From Candidatus Woesearchaeota archaeon (GTDB lineage: Archaea; Nanobdellota; Nanobdellia; Pacearchaeales; GW2011-AR1), in assembly GCA_964576755.1 (NCBI GenBank), contig CAZNUV010000002.1, positions 9,052-73,051 of the forward strand: DNA of 64,000 bases, given 5' to 3'. Below the pieces are notes generated by a model, which saw only the letters and a program-made list of their open reading frames with translations, searched no databases and had not been told where the DNA came from. The translations under genes and the position numbers were made by a program. Shown here one piece after another: positions 26,057 through 35,216 of this stretch (positions are counted from its first letter, which is position 1; every line of letters starts with the position of its first letter).

Positions 26057-26103
26057 AAAAAAGTTTAAATAATCTAAAACAGTTTAATATAAATAAAAAA
26101 GAG

Positions 26104-26532
26104 ATGGTAAAGAAAAGAAAAAAAGTAGGGAATTCAAAAGTATTCTCTAAAAAAGGAAATCTAACAATTTACTTTATGCCTTATAGTGAGATTGCTCATG
26201 AGGATTCTATTGGTAGGATTAAAAAAATTTTAGGAATTATTTTACAGAACAAGATTATCATCCTTCAAGGAAGACTTAAAATTGAAGAGGAAGCTAAACT
26301 TATTGAGAACACTATGACCCTTATTGGAAACATTAAGGGGTTTCAAGGGGTAGAAATTGCAACTATTTCTGGGGAAGGTGAAAACAAAACTTTATTTGAG
26401 CAAGTTAGATATAACATTGCAAGGATTTTAGTTGGAGAGCAAGATGCCATTACAATTATTGGTCCTGCAAATATTGTTAAAGAGATTAAACGAGACCCTA
26501 AAAAGATTGAATTAATGCTAAAAAAACATTAG
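26104..26532 (+). CDS. DUF2073-like archaeal protein (function unknown)
   Basis: 142 aa. ILQGRLKIEEEAKLIENTM resembles the L-x-G-x-L-x-x-EEE-x-LIE-x-TM hallmark I recall for DUF2073. Confidence 0.5.
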   Translation: MVKKRKKVGNSKVFSKKGNLTIYFMPYSEIAHEDSIGRIKKILGIILQNKIIILQGRLKIEEEAKLIENTMTLIGNIKGFQGVEIATISGEGENKTLFEQVRYNIARILVGEQDAITIIGPANIVKEIKRDPKKIELMLKKH

Positions 26533-26557
26533 TTATCCTAGCGAGGGCGATAACTAA
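26529..26557 (+). other. Hairpin spanning the DUF2073-like stop codon (TTAGTTATC-11 nt-GATAACTAA)
   Basis: 9-bp perfect arms with the GC-rich loop CTAGCGAGGGC. It ends 1 nt before the pilin ATG. Confidence 0.3.
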
Positions 26558-26558
26558 A

Positions 26559-27473
26559 ATGAAAATGAAAAGATTTAATAAAAAAGCGATTTCTCCTGTT
26601 GTTGCAACAATCTTAATGGTATTGATTACAATTGCTGCAGTAATGATTATCTGGGGAGCAATTATTCCTTTAATCTCTGATAATACCTCTTCAATAGGTG
26701 GGGGCATTCCCGAATTATATATTGTTACAAGTGGAGGATATACCACATATAATTCTGAAGAAGGCATTGCCTCTGTCCAAATCCAAAGGGAGGGAGGAGA
26801 GGATGTTAATCTTGAAAAGGTTCAAGTTTTATTTGAGATTCAAGGAGAAACTTCAACTTATGAAGTGCCTGCACCTAGTTCAAATGGAATAGGTACTTAT
26901 TATTTTAGTCTTTTAGGAGAACCGAGTAAGGTGAGTATTGCTCCAATTGTTCTTAAAGGTAATAAAGAAGAAGCATTAAGTATTGTTTCTGAAGCAGAAT
27001 TAAAACCCGGAATTATGACTAAATCAGAATTAATTGAAAAAGGAATTACAATTTATAATCCTGTAGGATTTATAACCTATAGTTTACAATATCAAGAAAA
27101 TCCAAATCAAACTTCTGTTAGTGGTTCATGGAGTTCTGAACCGTATCTTCTTGACGGAAAGTGGGACACTTCATCATATAGTCTTTCTGGAGCATATTTG
27201 TATGTGAATTATACTAAACCTTCAAATACGGTCAATGCAATCTGGAGGATTAAACCTTATAGTGAAGGGAATCATTCTGTTACTACAGATTGTTTTAATT
27301 ATTACCCTAATGTTGTGAGTTTTAGAGTATATAGTGTTGCTAGTCTTCCCCCTCTTCCTGTACAGAGTAATTGGACATGTTATAATGGGACTTGGAAGCA
27401 AGTTTATTATCAATCTTATAATCCTTTAGTTTCCGAAGAAGGAATTTACTGGAATATTTCCTCTATTGTTTAG
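26559..27473 (+). CDS. Archaeal type IV pilin (Pilin_N / DUF1628-type class III signal peptide)
   Basis: The N-terminus MKMKRFNKKA/ISPVVATILMVLITIAAVMII is the archetypal archaeal pilin N-terminus. The globular part carries several N-x-S/T sequons. Confidence 0.75.
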   Translation: MKMKRFNKKAISPVVATILMVLITIAAVMIIWGAIIPLISDNTSSIGGGIPELYIVTSGGYTTYNSEEGIASVQIQREGGEDVNLEKVQVLFEIQGETSTYEVPAPSSNGIGTYYFSLLGEPSKVSIAPIVLKGNKEEALSIVSEAELKPGIMTKSELIEKGITIYNPVGFITYSLQYQENPNQTSVSGSWSSEPYLLDGKWDTSSYSLSGAYLYVNYTKPSNTVNAIWRIKPYSEGNHSVTTDCFNYYPNVVSFRVYSVASLPPLPVQSNWTCYNGTWKQVYYQSYNPLVSEEGIYWNISSIV

Positions 27474-27549
27474 TTTTCCCAGACATTCTTATGCAAACTT
27501 TTATTAATCTTTATTATCTTAAAATATCAGAGGAGTAATAAACTAAAAG

Positions 27550-27939
27550 ATGCCACACCAATGTGTACACTGCGGAAAAATTATTGAAGCAGGAAGTAAA
27601 GAAATTTTAGAAGGCTGTGATAAATGTAAGGGCAGATTTTTCTTTTATATTAAAGATGAACAAGTTCCAAAGATAGAAGAAAATAAGATTGAAATCGAAT
27701 TTACAGAGCCAGATAAAAGGCAAGTAGAACAAGATGTGAGAAATATTCTTGGAATTGAAGATGAGACAAAACCAGTTATTCTTGATTTAGAATCTGTAAG
27801 AGTTTTAAAACCTGGAAAGTTTGAAATTGATGTTGTTAGTCTTCTTAATAGAAAACCAATTGTATTCAAGCTAGAAGAAGGAAAATATATAATTGATTTA
27901 GAATCTGCACTACCACACTATCAAAAAGATAAGGATTAG
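27550..27939 (+). CDS. Zn-ribbon protein, DUF2072-like (function unknown)
   Basis: 129 aa. N-terminal CVHCGKIIEAGSKEILEGCDKCKGRFFFY. Confidence 0.5.
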   Translation: MPHQCVHCGKIIEAGSKEILEGCDKCKGRFFFYIKDEQVPKIEENKIEIEFTEPDKRQVEQDVRNILGIEDETKPVILDLESVRVLKPGKFEIDVVSLLNRKPIVFKLEEGKYIIDLESALPHYQKDKD

Positions 27940-27973
27940 AAAGTTTATTAAACAATTTTAGGTTGACTTATTT

Positions 27974-29206
27974 ATGAAGATTAAAATGAATAGTGTTCTA
28001 GAAGAAGTTTTACAAGATATTTGTTTATCAAAAGAACAAGAATTTGAATTAAAGAAAATTGCAAATGAATTTATAAATAAATTAAAAAAACATAATTTAA
28101 ATGTGGGAATTGGGGGAAGTTTAGCTAAAAATACCCTTATTAAAAAGAAAACACAAGATATTGATATCTTTGTGGTATTTAATTCTGAAAAGGAAATAGG
28201 AAGATTAGAGATTATTTTAAAACAATTAAAACTAAAACTAAAAAAAGTTCATGGTTCAAGAGATTATTTTCAAGTTAATATTAGTCCTAATGTAATTATT
28301 GAAGTAATCCCTGTTTTAAAGATTAAGAAAAAACAAGATGTAGATAATGTTACAGATTTTTCTTTATCCCATGTGAATTATATTAGAAATAAGATTAAAA
28401 AGGATAGTAAACTTGCTAACCAGATTAAACTCGCAAAGGTTTTTTGCCATGCTCAAGATTGTTATGGTGCCGAGAGTTATATTAAAGGCTTTTCTGGTTA
28501 TTCATTAGAAGTTTTAGTTTGTTATTTTGGAGGATTTATTAATTTTTTAAAGAATATAGGTAAAGAAAAATATAAAATAATTGATCCTGAAAAATATTTT
28601 AAAAATAAACAACAAATATTGTGGGAATTGAACGAGAGTAAATTAAAATCTGGTTTAATTATCATTGATCCTACATATAAATATAGGAATGTTTGTGCAG
28701 GATTATCTAAAGAAACCTTCGAAAAATTCCTTAAGTCTGTAAACAATTTTTTAAAATTCCCATCAATAAAAGCATTTGAAAAACAAGAAATTAATTTTAG
28801 TAAAATAAAAAGTTTTGCAAAGAAAAGAAATGCAAAACTATTAAAAATTATTTTTAAAACAGAGAAGCAAGAAGGAGATATTGCAGGCACAAAAATGAGA
28901 AAATTCTTTGATTTTATTTGTAGTGAATTTGAAAGAAAATCTCAAAAAGTCTTACAAAAAGAATTTGTTTATGAGAAAGGCAATTCTGCTACAGTCTATT
29001 TAATTATAAAAGAGAAGAAACAAATAGAAAGAAAAGGTCCTCCAATTAACGATGTTTCTGCTGTTTATCGATTTAAGAAAGCTCATAAAACTGTTAAAAA
29101 GAAAGGTAAATTCTTATATGTTCACGAAAAGACATCTATCCAAGATGTTTTGAAATTTTTAAAAAGATTTGAAAAAGATATGAATGTTAAGATTAATATC
29201 ATTTAA
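27974..29206 (+). CDS. cca: CCA-adding enzyme (archaeal class I tRNA nucleotidyltransferase)
   Basis: 410 aa. GGSLAKNTLIKKKTQDIDIFVVF nucleotidyltransferase motif. The length and layout fit archaeal Cca. Confidence 0.75.
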   Translation: MKIKMNSVLEEVLQDICLSKEQEFELKKIANEFINKLKKHNLNVGIGGSLAKNTLIKKKTQDIDIFVVFNSEKEIGRLEIILKQLKLKLKKVHGSRDYFQVNISPNVIIEVIPVLKIKKKQDVDNVTDFSLSHVNYIRNKIKKDSKLANQIKLAKVFCHAQDCYGAESYIKGFSGYSLEVLVCYFGGFINFLKNIGKEKYKIIDPEKYFKNKQQILWELNESKLKSGLIIIDPTYKYRNVCAGLSKETFEKFLKSVNNFLKFPSIKAFEKQEINFSKIKSFAKKRNAKLLKIIFKTEKQEGDIAGTKMRKFFDFICSEFERKSQKVLQKEFVYEKGNSATVYLIIKEKKQIERKGPPINDVSAVYRFKKAHKTVKKKGKFLYVHEKTSIQDVLKFLKRFEKDMNVKINII

Positions 29207-29453
29207 CAATTAATCCTGAAGGATTTGGATTATGTCTTGTTAAAAAGGTTGGTTCTCTCGGGAAATATTGATTCCAAAGTTTTCTACAAAAATCTAAAGG
29301 CATTTCTGAAAAAAGTACCTGACTTATAGAATCAGGGTCTTGTTCTGTAGCTGTTAAACATACTCTGGAAGTGTGGTTTTTATTTCCATTAATTTTTCCA
29401 ATATATGGGATGTTTTCTAGTATTGTAGATAAAAAATTATCTTCTCCAATCAT
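29199..29453 (-). CDS. Hypothetical protein (84 aa), last gene of the TrmB operon
   Basis: The start overlaps the upstream stop by 4 nt (ATGA). No family recognised. Confidence 0.45.
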   Translation of the reverse strand: MIGEDNFLSTILENIPYIGKINGNKNHTSRVCLTATEQDPDSISQVLFSEMPLDFCRKLWNQYFPREPTFLTRHNPNPSGLIVK

Positions 29454-29695
29454 TTTAATCCTCTATTAAGACAATCCACTAATCTTGGAGCGAATCTCGT
29501 TTTTATTTGGTTTATTGTAAATATTTGTTCTGGTTTTGCACTTTCAGGTATATCTTTTTTTGAAGAATAAGTCTCTATTACAAAAGGATTAACTCCATTA
29601 ATCCCAGGATCATGGACCCGAACATATTTAATTATGGGATTATCTAGATTATTTATTGACATATATTCTAAAATTGGTTTTTTTGTTTTTACCAT
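29450..29695 (-). CDS. Hypothetical protein (81 aa)
   Basis: Lies 25 nt downstream of the TrmB-like gene. No family recognised. Confidence 0.45.
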   Translation of the reverse strand: MVKTKKPILEYMSINNLDNPIIKYVRVHDPGINGVNPFVIETYSSKKDIPESAKPEQIFTINQIKTRFAPRLVDCLNRGLK

Positions 29696-29720
29696 TTTTG
29701 TTTTTACACATGATTGTTTA

Positions 29721-30503
29721 TTAATCTTTCCAAGCTAGTTCAAACATATAAGCAAGAGAATTTGTAAAATATTCAGAGTTTATCCAAATTCCATGGTCAA
29801 AATCTTCATGAACATCTGTTGGCTTTAATGTGAATATTAATTCTTTTTTATCTGCAATTATAAATCTAGCATTTATACTCTTTGATTTTATTGTTATTCC
29901 AAACTTTTTAGAAAGTTTTTTAGCTTCTTCATCAGAATCTGGAACCATTGCTTTGATTACTACATTCCTCTTTTTTAATTTTTCAAACATATCTGTGAAC
30001 ATTCTTTGTTTAGAAATTAATTCGTGTTTAGATGTTACAATATAAAGTAATTTTTCTGCATCATCCATTACTGTTCTCATTTGAGTATAAAGGTTTGTTC
30101 TTCCTTTGATTGAACCAGAAAGGTCTCTATTATTAATTGGTTCTACACCAGATTTATGTAATGCTTTTAGTTCTTCAAATTCACTAGTATCTTTTAGATT
30201 TTCTAATGTTTTTATCTTTTCTTCTGCATATTGTGCAGTATTGTTCTTTATCTTTTCAATAACAATATCTGGTCTTACTGCAAGGTATTTTACTGGTTTT
30301 CCTATTTTTTCAATAGCAAAGCCTCGTTTTTCTAAAGATTCTAATACATCATAGGTTCTTGATCTAGGAACTCCAGACATTTCTGCTATTTCACCAGCAG
30401 TAGAGATTCCACGAGTAAGTAGGGCTAACCATACTTTAGTTTCATAAATATTCAAGTCAAAATAACTTCTTATTTTTTTTACTAATTCTTGTTTGATTAT
30501 CAT
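29721..30503 (-). CDS. TrmB-family transcriptional regulator (wHTH plus TrmB C-terminal domain)
   Basis: 260 aa. LNIYETKVWLALLTRGISTAGEIAEMSGVPRSRTYDVLESLEKRGF. Confidence 0.75.
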   Translation of the reverse strand: MIIKQELVKKIRSYFDLNIYETKVWLALLTRGISTAGEIAEMSGVPRSRTYDVLESLEKRGFAIEKIGKPVKYLAVRPDIVIEKIKNNTAQYAEEKIKTLENLKDTSEFEELKALHKSGVEPINNRDLSGSIKGRTNLYTQMRTVMDDAEKLLYIVTSKHELISKQRMFTDMFEKLKKRNVVIKAMVPDSDEEAKKLSKKFGITIKSKSINARFIIADKKELIFTLKPTDVHEDFDHGIWINSEYFTNSLAYMFELAWKD

Positions 30504-30504
30504 T

Positions 30505-30822
30505 TTATTTTTTCCCCTCTATTTTAGAGTTGTCTGACATAAATTTAGTTCCTTCTTTTATTGTATATCCGGCACTACAAATAATATTCTCAACATTTGA
30601 AGCTCTAAAGTCTCCTTTGATTTCTATTGTTGCGGTTTTAGGGATGTAATTTATCCCTTTAACTATAAAAGGAGCTGTCTTTATTCCGAGGTAAGAATCT
30701 GTTACTTTAAAATTTACATTAGAAGTTTGATTTGAACCTACCGAATCACGATGAATTTCTCTTTCTATCTCGCTAAGAGTCATTGTAGGGTTTCTTGCTT
30801 GAATATGAATTATTGCTTCCAT
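30505..30822 (-). CDS. Hypothetical protein (105 aa), first gene of the TrmB operon
   Basis: Its stop lies 1 nt before the TrmB ATG. No family recognised. Confidence 0.45.
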   Translation of the reverse strand: MEAIIHIQARNPTMTLSEIEREIHRDSVGSNQTSNVNFKVTDSYLGIKTAPFIVKGINYIPKTATIEIKGDFRASNVENIICSAGYTIKEGTKFMSDNSKIEGKK

Positions 30823-30905
30823 TTTTTACTACTAAAGGTAAATTAAAACCATTTATAAATCTTTCTATTATGTTGTATTTGTATAGTAGTTACAAAACAG
30901 TAAGG

Positions 30906-30913
30906 TTTAAATA
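30906..30913 (+). promoter_or_regulatory. TATA-box-like element for signal peptidase
   Basis: TTTAAATA ends 21 nt before ATG 30935. AGATTGTGATGA (30919-30930) lies between the TATA and the ATG. Confidence 0.4.
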
Positions 30914-30934
30914 TAATCAGATTGTGATGATTTT

Positions 30935-31429
30935 ATGGATAAAGAACAGATTTTAAATCTTGCTATTATGTTTTGTTTTGGTTTTCTTAGTTGTGTATCT
31001 TTAATCGGAGCTTTTTCATATTTTCAAATTGAAAAACCATTAAGTTATTTTGCATATTCAAATCCTAACACTAATTCTGCCCCTTTTGATTTTATTCAAC
31101 CCCAAGACATAGAAATTTATCCAGACAAGGTTATTATTAATATTAATGGTGCTAGTATGAGTTCTTATGCTGATACTGGAAGTATGAAACCTTTATTGGA
31201 TGCTGGCACAAATGGAATAAGAATACAACCACAGAGTGACGAACAGATCCATGTTGGAGACATTATTAGTTTTAGTCATGGGAATAATCTTATTGTCCAT
31301 AGAGTTATTGAAAAAGGTGTAGATGATGAAGGAGTTTATTTTATCACTCAAGGAGATAATAATGATGTTTCTGATGGGAAAATAAGATTTAGTAATATTA
31401 AATATCTCACTGTAGCCTTAATTTGGTAA
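30935..31429 (+). CDS. Signal peptidase I, archaeal/Sec11 type (S26B)
   Basis: 164 aa. N-terminal anchor, GSMKP (catalytic Ser), IVHRV (His), TQGDNNDVSDG. Confidence 0.8.
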   Translation: MDKEQILNLAIMFCFGFLSCVSLIGAFSYFQIEKPLSYFAYSNPNTNSAPFDFIQPQDIEIYPDKVIININGASMSSYADTGSMKPLLDAGTNGIRIQPQSDEQIHVGDIISFSHGNNLIVHRVIEKGVDDEGVYFITQGDNNDVSDGKIRFSNIKYLTVALIW

Positions 31430-31453
31430 TTAAATTTTTCTTTTCTAAACTCT

Positions 31454-32416
31454 TTAGATAATGTTGAGTATAATTCCAGTAACAATCCAAGCTACAAGTC
31501 CTAAGAAGATGCCTATTGTAATAAACGGCATTGCAGGGTAGAACTTCTTTTTTTCTGAATTTAAAAATAAATAGGATAGTCCTATGAATGCTCCAAAGAT
31601 TACAAAAAGTGCTGGAGCTATACTACCAAATGCTCGCATAAAAACTCCTGCAGTGATAATTGGAAATACTACATCTCCTCCGCCGAGGATTGCAAGCTGT
31701 ATTCTGATTTTTGATTTTTTTAATTCTGATTTTTGTTTTGTTTTACTAGTAATTAATTTTATTTGTTGAAGTTTATTTTTATCTTTTTTAGAGACATGGG
31801 GAATTAAAAACCCTCCAAATATTTTTAATTCATTCATTTGATATTTAGCCATCTTTTGCATAATTCCTGAATGCCATACGGCCCACATATCATAGAGAGA
31901 AATTAAAATTAATAATGCCATTATTGTAAATATATTTAAAATTGGTACAAAAACTGCTGCAATTCCTGGGTAAATTAATATTTCTGTTAAATTATGTACT
32001 AACATGTTGGGTTTATATATTTTAAAGATTGCAAAAGGAATTGCAACTAGTGCAGCAATTATCCAGGGGAGGGGAACCATTTTCCAATTTAAGAAAGTTA
32101 TTGTAAAAGGGAGAACATTAAAAATAAAAGAATTAAAAGCAATCCCTAAAGCTAAAATTATTACAATAAAAAACCAAACTCTTATTAAAAATTTGAATTT
32201 ATACTTTTGTAAAATAAAAATAAGAGTTACTGCAATTGCAAATGCGATAATGAGACTTGGTAAGGTTGTATAAAAATCATATTCTTGCATTTCAGGAGTC
32301 TGCATTCCAAATGGGAGGTTATGGGCCGTGTAAAAATTAACCACATATATCCCAATAAACTGTGCCATTAGAAATATTACCAGTAGAATTATAGTTATCT
32401 TTAGATTATTTTTCAT
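31454..32416 (-). CDS. Presenilin/signal-peptide-peptidase homologue (A22 GxGD intramembrane aspartyl protease)
   Basis: 320 aa, about 9 TM. YD (ISLYDMWAV), GxGD (LGGGDVVFP) and PAL (IAPALF) motifs occur in the canonical order. Confidence 0.75.
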   Translation of the reverse strand: MKNNLKITIILLVIFLMAQFIGIYVVNFYTAHNLPFGMQTPEMQEYDFYTTLPSLIIAFAIAVTLIFILQKYKFKFLIRVWFFIVIILALGIAFNSFIFNVLPFTITFLNWKMVPLPWIIAALVAIPFAIFKIYKPNMLVHNLTEILIYPGIAAVFVPILNIFTIMALLILISLYDMWAVWHSGIMQKMAKYQMNELKIFGGFLIPHVSKKDKNKLQQIKLITSKTKQKSELKKSKIRIQLAILGGGDVVFPIITAGVFMRAFGSIAPALFVIFGAFIGLSYLFLNSEKKKFYPAMPFITIGIFLGLVAWIVTGIILNII

Positions 32417-32476
32417 ATTTCTCTTATGTTTTTATAAGTTTTAAACCTATCTTATAAACTTAGAATATCACTTTAT

Positions 32477-34366
32477 TTAACGTAAACGGATTGTTTCTAG
32501 ATTTTTAGGAACTACTGTTTCAACTTTTTGCATTTTATATAAACTAGATGCAAGATCTAGGGCACGTGAAGCTTCACCATGATTGATGATTATTTTTCTT
32601 GGTTTAGGATTTATATTTGCAACAAATGAGAGTAATTGGTTTCTTGAAGAGTGTGCAGAAAAACCCTCAATAGTTTTTATAGCTAGTCTTATTGGTACAA
32701 TCTCTGTTTTACCATTTACTTGGAAAGTTGTTTCTTTAATTCCTTCTTGGATTTGTCTACCTAAAGAACCAATACCCTGGTAGCATACAAAACAAATTCC
32801 ATTCTTTGGATTATCTGCAAATTCTCTAAGATATTCTACAGATGCACCACCAACAAGCATACCTGAAGTTGCTAATACAATGCATGGGCCCCCTTCCATA
32901 ACCTTCTTTCTTTCTTGAGCAGAACCAACTTGATTAAAAATTTCTGATAAAAATGGATTTTTATCTTGGAAAATTTGGGAACGTACAGAGCTTGATAAAA
33001 AATCAGGATATGCAGTATGTATTGCATTAATATCCCAAATCATTCCATCAATAAATATAGGTGTTTTTGGAAGTTTTCCATTTTGTATAGCATCTTCTAT
33101 AACAAGCATTGTTTCCTGTGCTCGACCAAGACCTAATTCAGGAATTAAAACTTTTCCTCCCCCAGAGACTATTTTATTAATATATTCTATTAATTCTTCT
33201 TCTGATTCTTTTCTAGGGGGAGAGGTATTCTCTTTTCCACCATAGGTAGATTCAATCATTAAACTTTCAACTCTTGGAAAGTGTGTTTGTGCAGGATCTA
33301 GAAGACGAGTTTTTCCAAATTTACTATCTCCAGAATAAACAAAATTATGTAATCCATTACCAATATTAAAATGAATCATTGCACTACCTAAGGTATGCCC
33401 TGCATTGTATAATGTAATTCTAACATCTGGAGTAATATCAGTAACCTCATTATAATTTAAACAGATAGAATGTTTTACCATTTCTTTAACATCTTTTGTA
33501 GCAAATAATGGTGTTGAAGCTTGTTTATAGGCTACTCCTATAAAATCGAGAGCTAACAGTGCTGCAATATCTCTAGTAGGGTCTGTCATGTAAACAGGTC
33601 CTCTATATCCCATTTTATATAAAAATGGAACTAAACCAGAATGATCTAAGTGTGCATGAGAAATTATAACTGCATCTAATGCATCAATATTAAATTCTGA
33701 AACATCAAAATAAGGAAACCGGTCTCTATCTGATGCTGAAACATCAATTCCACAGTCAATGAGAATTTTGGATTCCGGAGTTTGTAATAAAATACAAGAA
33801 CGTCCAACTTGTTTTCCACTTCCTAAGACAGTCATTCTAACCCATTCATCTATCTTGTCTGGATTCCATTCCTCATATATTTTTTTACCAATAGAATTTA
33901 AAAATTTCTTTCTATAGCTATTATTTTGGTATAGAACTTCTCTAATGTTATCAATTATTTTTGATTTAATTGCCGCACTTCTTTGAACTTGAGGTATCCA
34001 GAGAGTTTCTTGTTTTATCTCTCTTAATATTGAACCAGCTTTTCCTATTGCTAGACCTGGTTTTTTTGCTTCTATTACTACAATACTTCTCTGAATATCA
34101 AATAATATTTGGGTTATGTCTGCTTCTACTGGGATTTTTGCTCTGATTATCTTTTCTGTTTTTTCTTCATCCATTAAAAGTTCTTTTTCTACTCTTAATT
34201 CTACTCTTTTTTTGATTAAATTTACAATGTTCTTTATATCTGAATCTCCATCTAAGAAAAAACTTTTATCATCTGTATAGACGACTATGTTTGCTCCCTC
34301 ATAGTTTATAGAACTGATTGAGCCTTTAGGAAGCTGCTCTTCTATTTTTTTCAATATTTTTGACAT
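32477..34366 (-). CDS. aCPSF1 beta-CASP ribonuclease with N-terminal KH domains
   Basis: 629 aa. KH-like N-terminus, metallo-beta-lactamase HAHLDHSG, beta-CASP C-terminus. Confidence 0.9.
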   Translation of the reverse strand: MSKILKKIEEQLPKGSISSINYEGANIVVYTDDKSFFLDGDSDIKNIVNLIKKRVELRVEKELLMDEEKTEKIIRAKIPVEADITQILFDIQRSIVVIEAKKPGLAIGKAGSILREIKQETLWIPQVQRSAAIKSKIIDNIREVLYQNNSYRKKFLNSIGKKIYEEWNPDKIDEWVRMTVLGSGKQVGRSCILLQTPESKILIDCGIDVSASDRDRFPYFDVSEFNIDALDAVIISHAHLDHSGLVPFLYKMGYRGPVYMTDPTRDIAALLALDFIGVAYKQASTPLFATKDVKEMVKHSICLNYNEVTDITPDVRITLYNAGHTLGSAMIHFNIGNGLHNFVYSGDSKFGKTRLLDPAQTHFPRVESLMIESTYGGKENTSPPRKESEEELIEYINKIVSGGGKVLIPELGLGRAQETMLVIEDAIQNGKLPKTPIFIDGMIWDINAIHTAYPDFLSSSVRSQIFQDKNPFLSEIFNQVGSAQERKKVMEGGPCIVLATSGMLVGGASVEYLREFADNPKNGICFVCYQGIGSLGRQIQEGIKETTFQVNGKTEIVPIRLAIKTIEGFSAHSSRNQLLSFVANINPKPRKIIINHGEASRALDLASSLYKMQKVETVVPKNLETIRLR

Positions 34367-34411
34367 ATTAGATTTAAGATCTTTTAATTTGAATAAGTAA
34401 GTCTTTTGGAA

Positions 34412-35074
34412 TTATTGTTCACTATACTCTGGTTTTGATATTTGTTTGACTATATGTTTTATTCCGTGTTTGGTTATTGTAAATACATCAATTCCGTTTC
34501 CTGATGCAGGATCTCTTTCTGAAGAAGATTTGATTGCTTCTATTACTAGAGCTATTCCTTGTTCAACAGTAATGTCTTTTTTATATTGTCTTTCTAATAA
34601 TCCTAAGATATAGGGCATTCCAGATGAATAGTTTGCATCATAATCTGATATTTTTTTAGCACTTCCAGAAGGTTCTATAGAGTACAGGGAAGTTGTGCCC
34701 TCCTCATCAAAACCTCCAATCATTGTTCCAGCAATAAAAGGCACCATTGATGGCTGTCTTATATTCTTATATGCAATCATTGCAATCAGATTTGCACATT
34801 CTTTGATTGAGGGTCTTACTTTGTCTTTTAATTCTTTTAATCTTAATTCTGCTGAGATTAATTTTTTTAAAAGTTCAAAATCAGATACAACACCTGTTCC
34901 AGAAATAACTAGATAATCATTAATCATCATAACTTTCTGATAATCTTTACTCATTACAATCTGTCCACCAGCTGTAACTCTTCTATCTCCAGCCATGACT
35001 AATCCATCTTTACATACAAGTCCAACTAGGCTTGTACCTGTTGTTAGAATATTTTTCTTTAAGTCTTCATCCAT
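34412..35074 (-). CDS. psmB: Proteasome beta subunit
   Basis: 220 aa. Propeptide, then G/TSLVGLVCKDGLVMAGDRR. Confidence 0.9.
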   Translation of the reverse strand: MDEDLKKNILTTGTSLVGLVCKDGLVMAGDRRVTAGGQIVMSKDYQKVMMINDYLVISGTGVVSDFELLKKLISAELRLKELKDKVRPSIKECANLIAMIAYKNIRQPSMVPFIAGTMIGGFDEEGTTSLYSIEPSGSAKKISDYDANYSSGMPYILGLLERQYKKDITVEQGIALVIEAIKSSSERDPASGNGIDVFTITKHGIKHIVKQISKPEYSEQ

Positions 35075-35216
35075 TTTAATTCATTAGAATTCTCTAATAA
35101 GATAACTGAGAATTTATATAATTTTGTTAATTTAGAGATTTATAAGCTTTTTGGTTTGATTTTATGTGTAGATACGCATAAAAAACATTTAAAAATACCC
35201 TAAACCTGGGCAATTT

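Noticed and set aside
31454-32416. Considered whether the GxGD membrane protease is the missing prepilin peptidase (PibD/FlaK, family A24) for the pilin genes.
   Set aside because: The motif order YD ... GxGD ... PAL and the ~9-TM, 320-aa layout match presenilin/SPP (A22). A24 enzymes lack the PAL motif and have a different topology. The question is kept open only inside the pilin finding.
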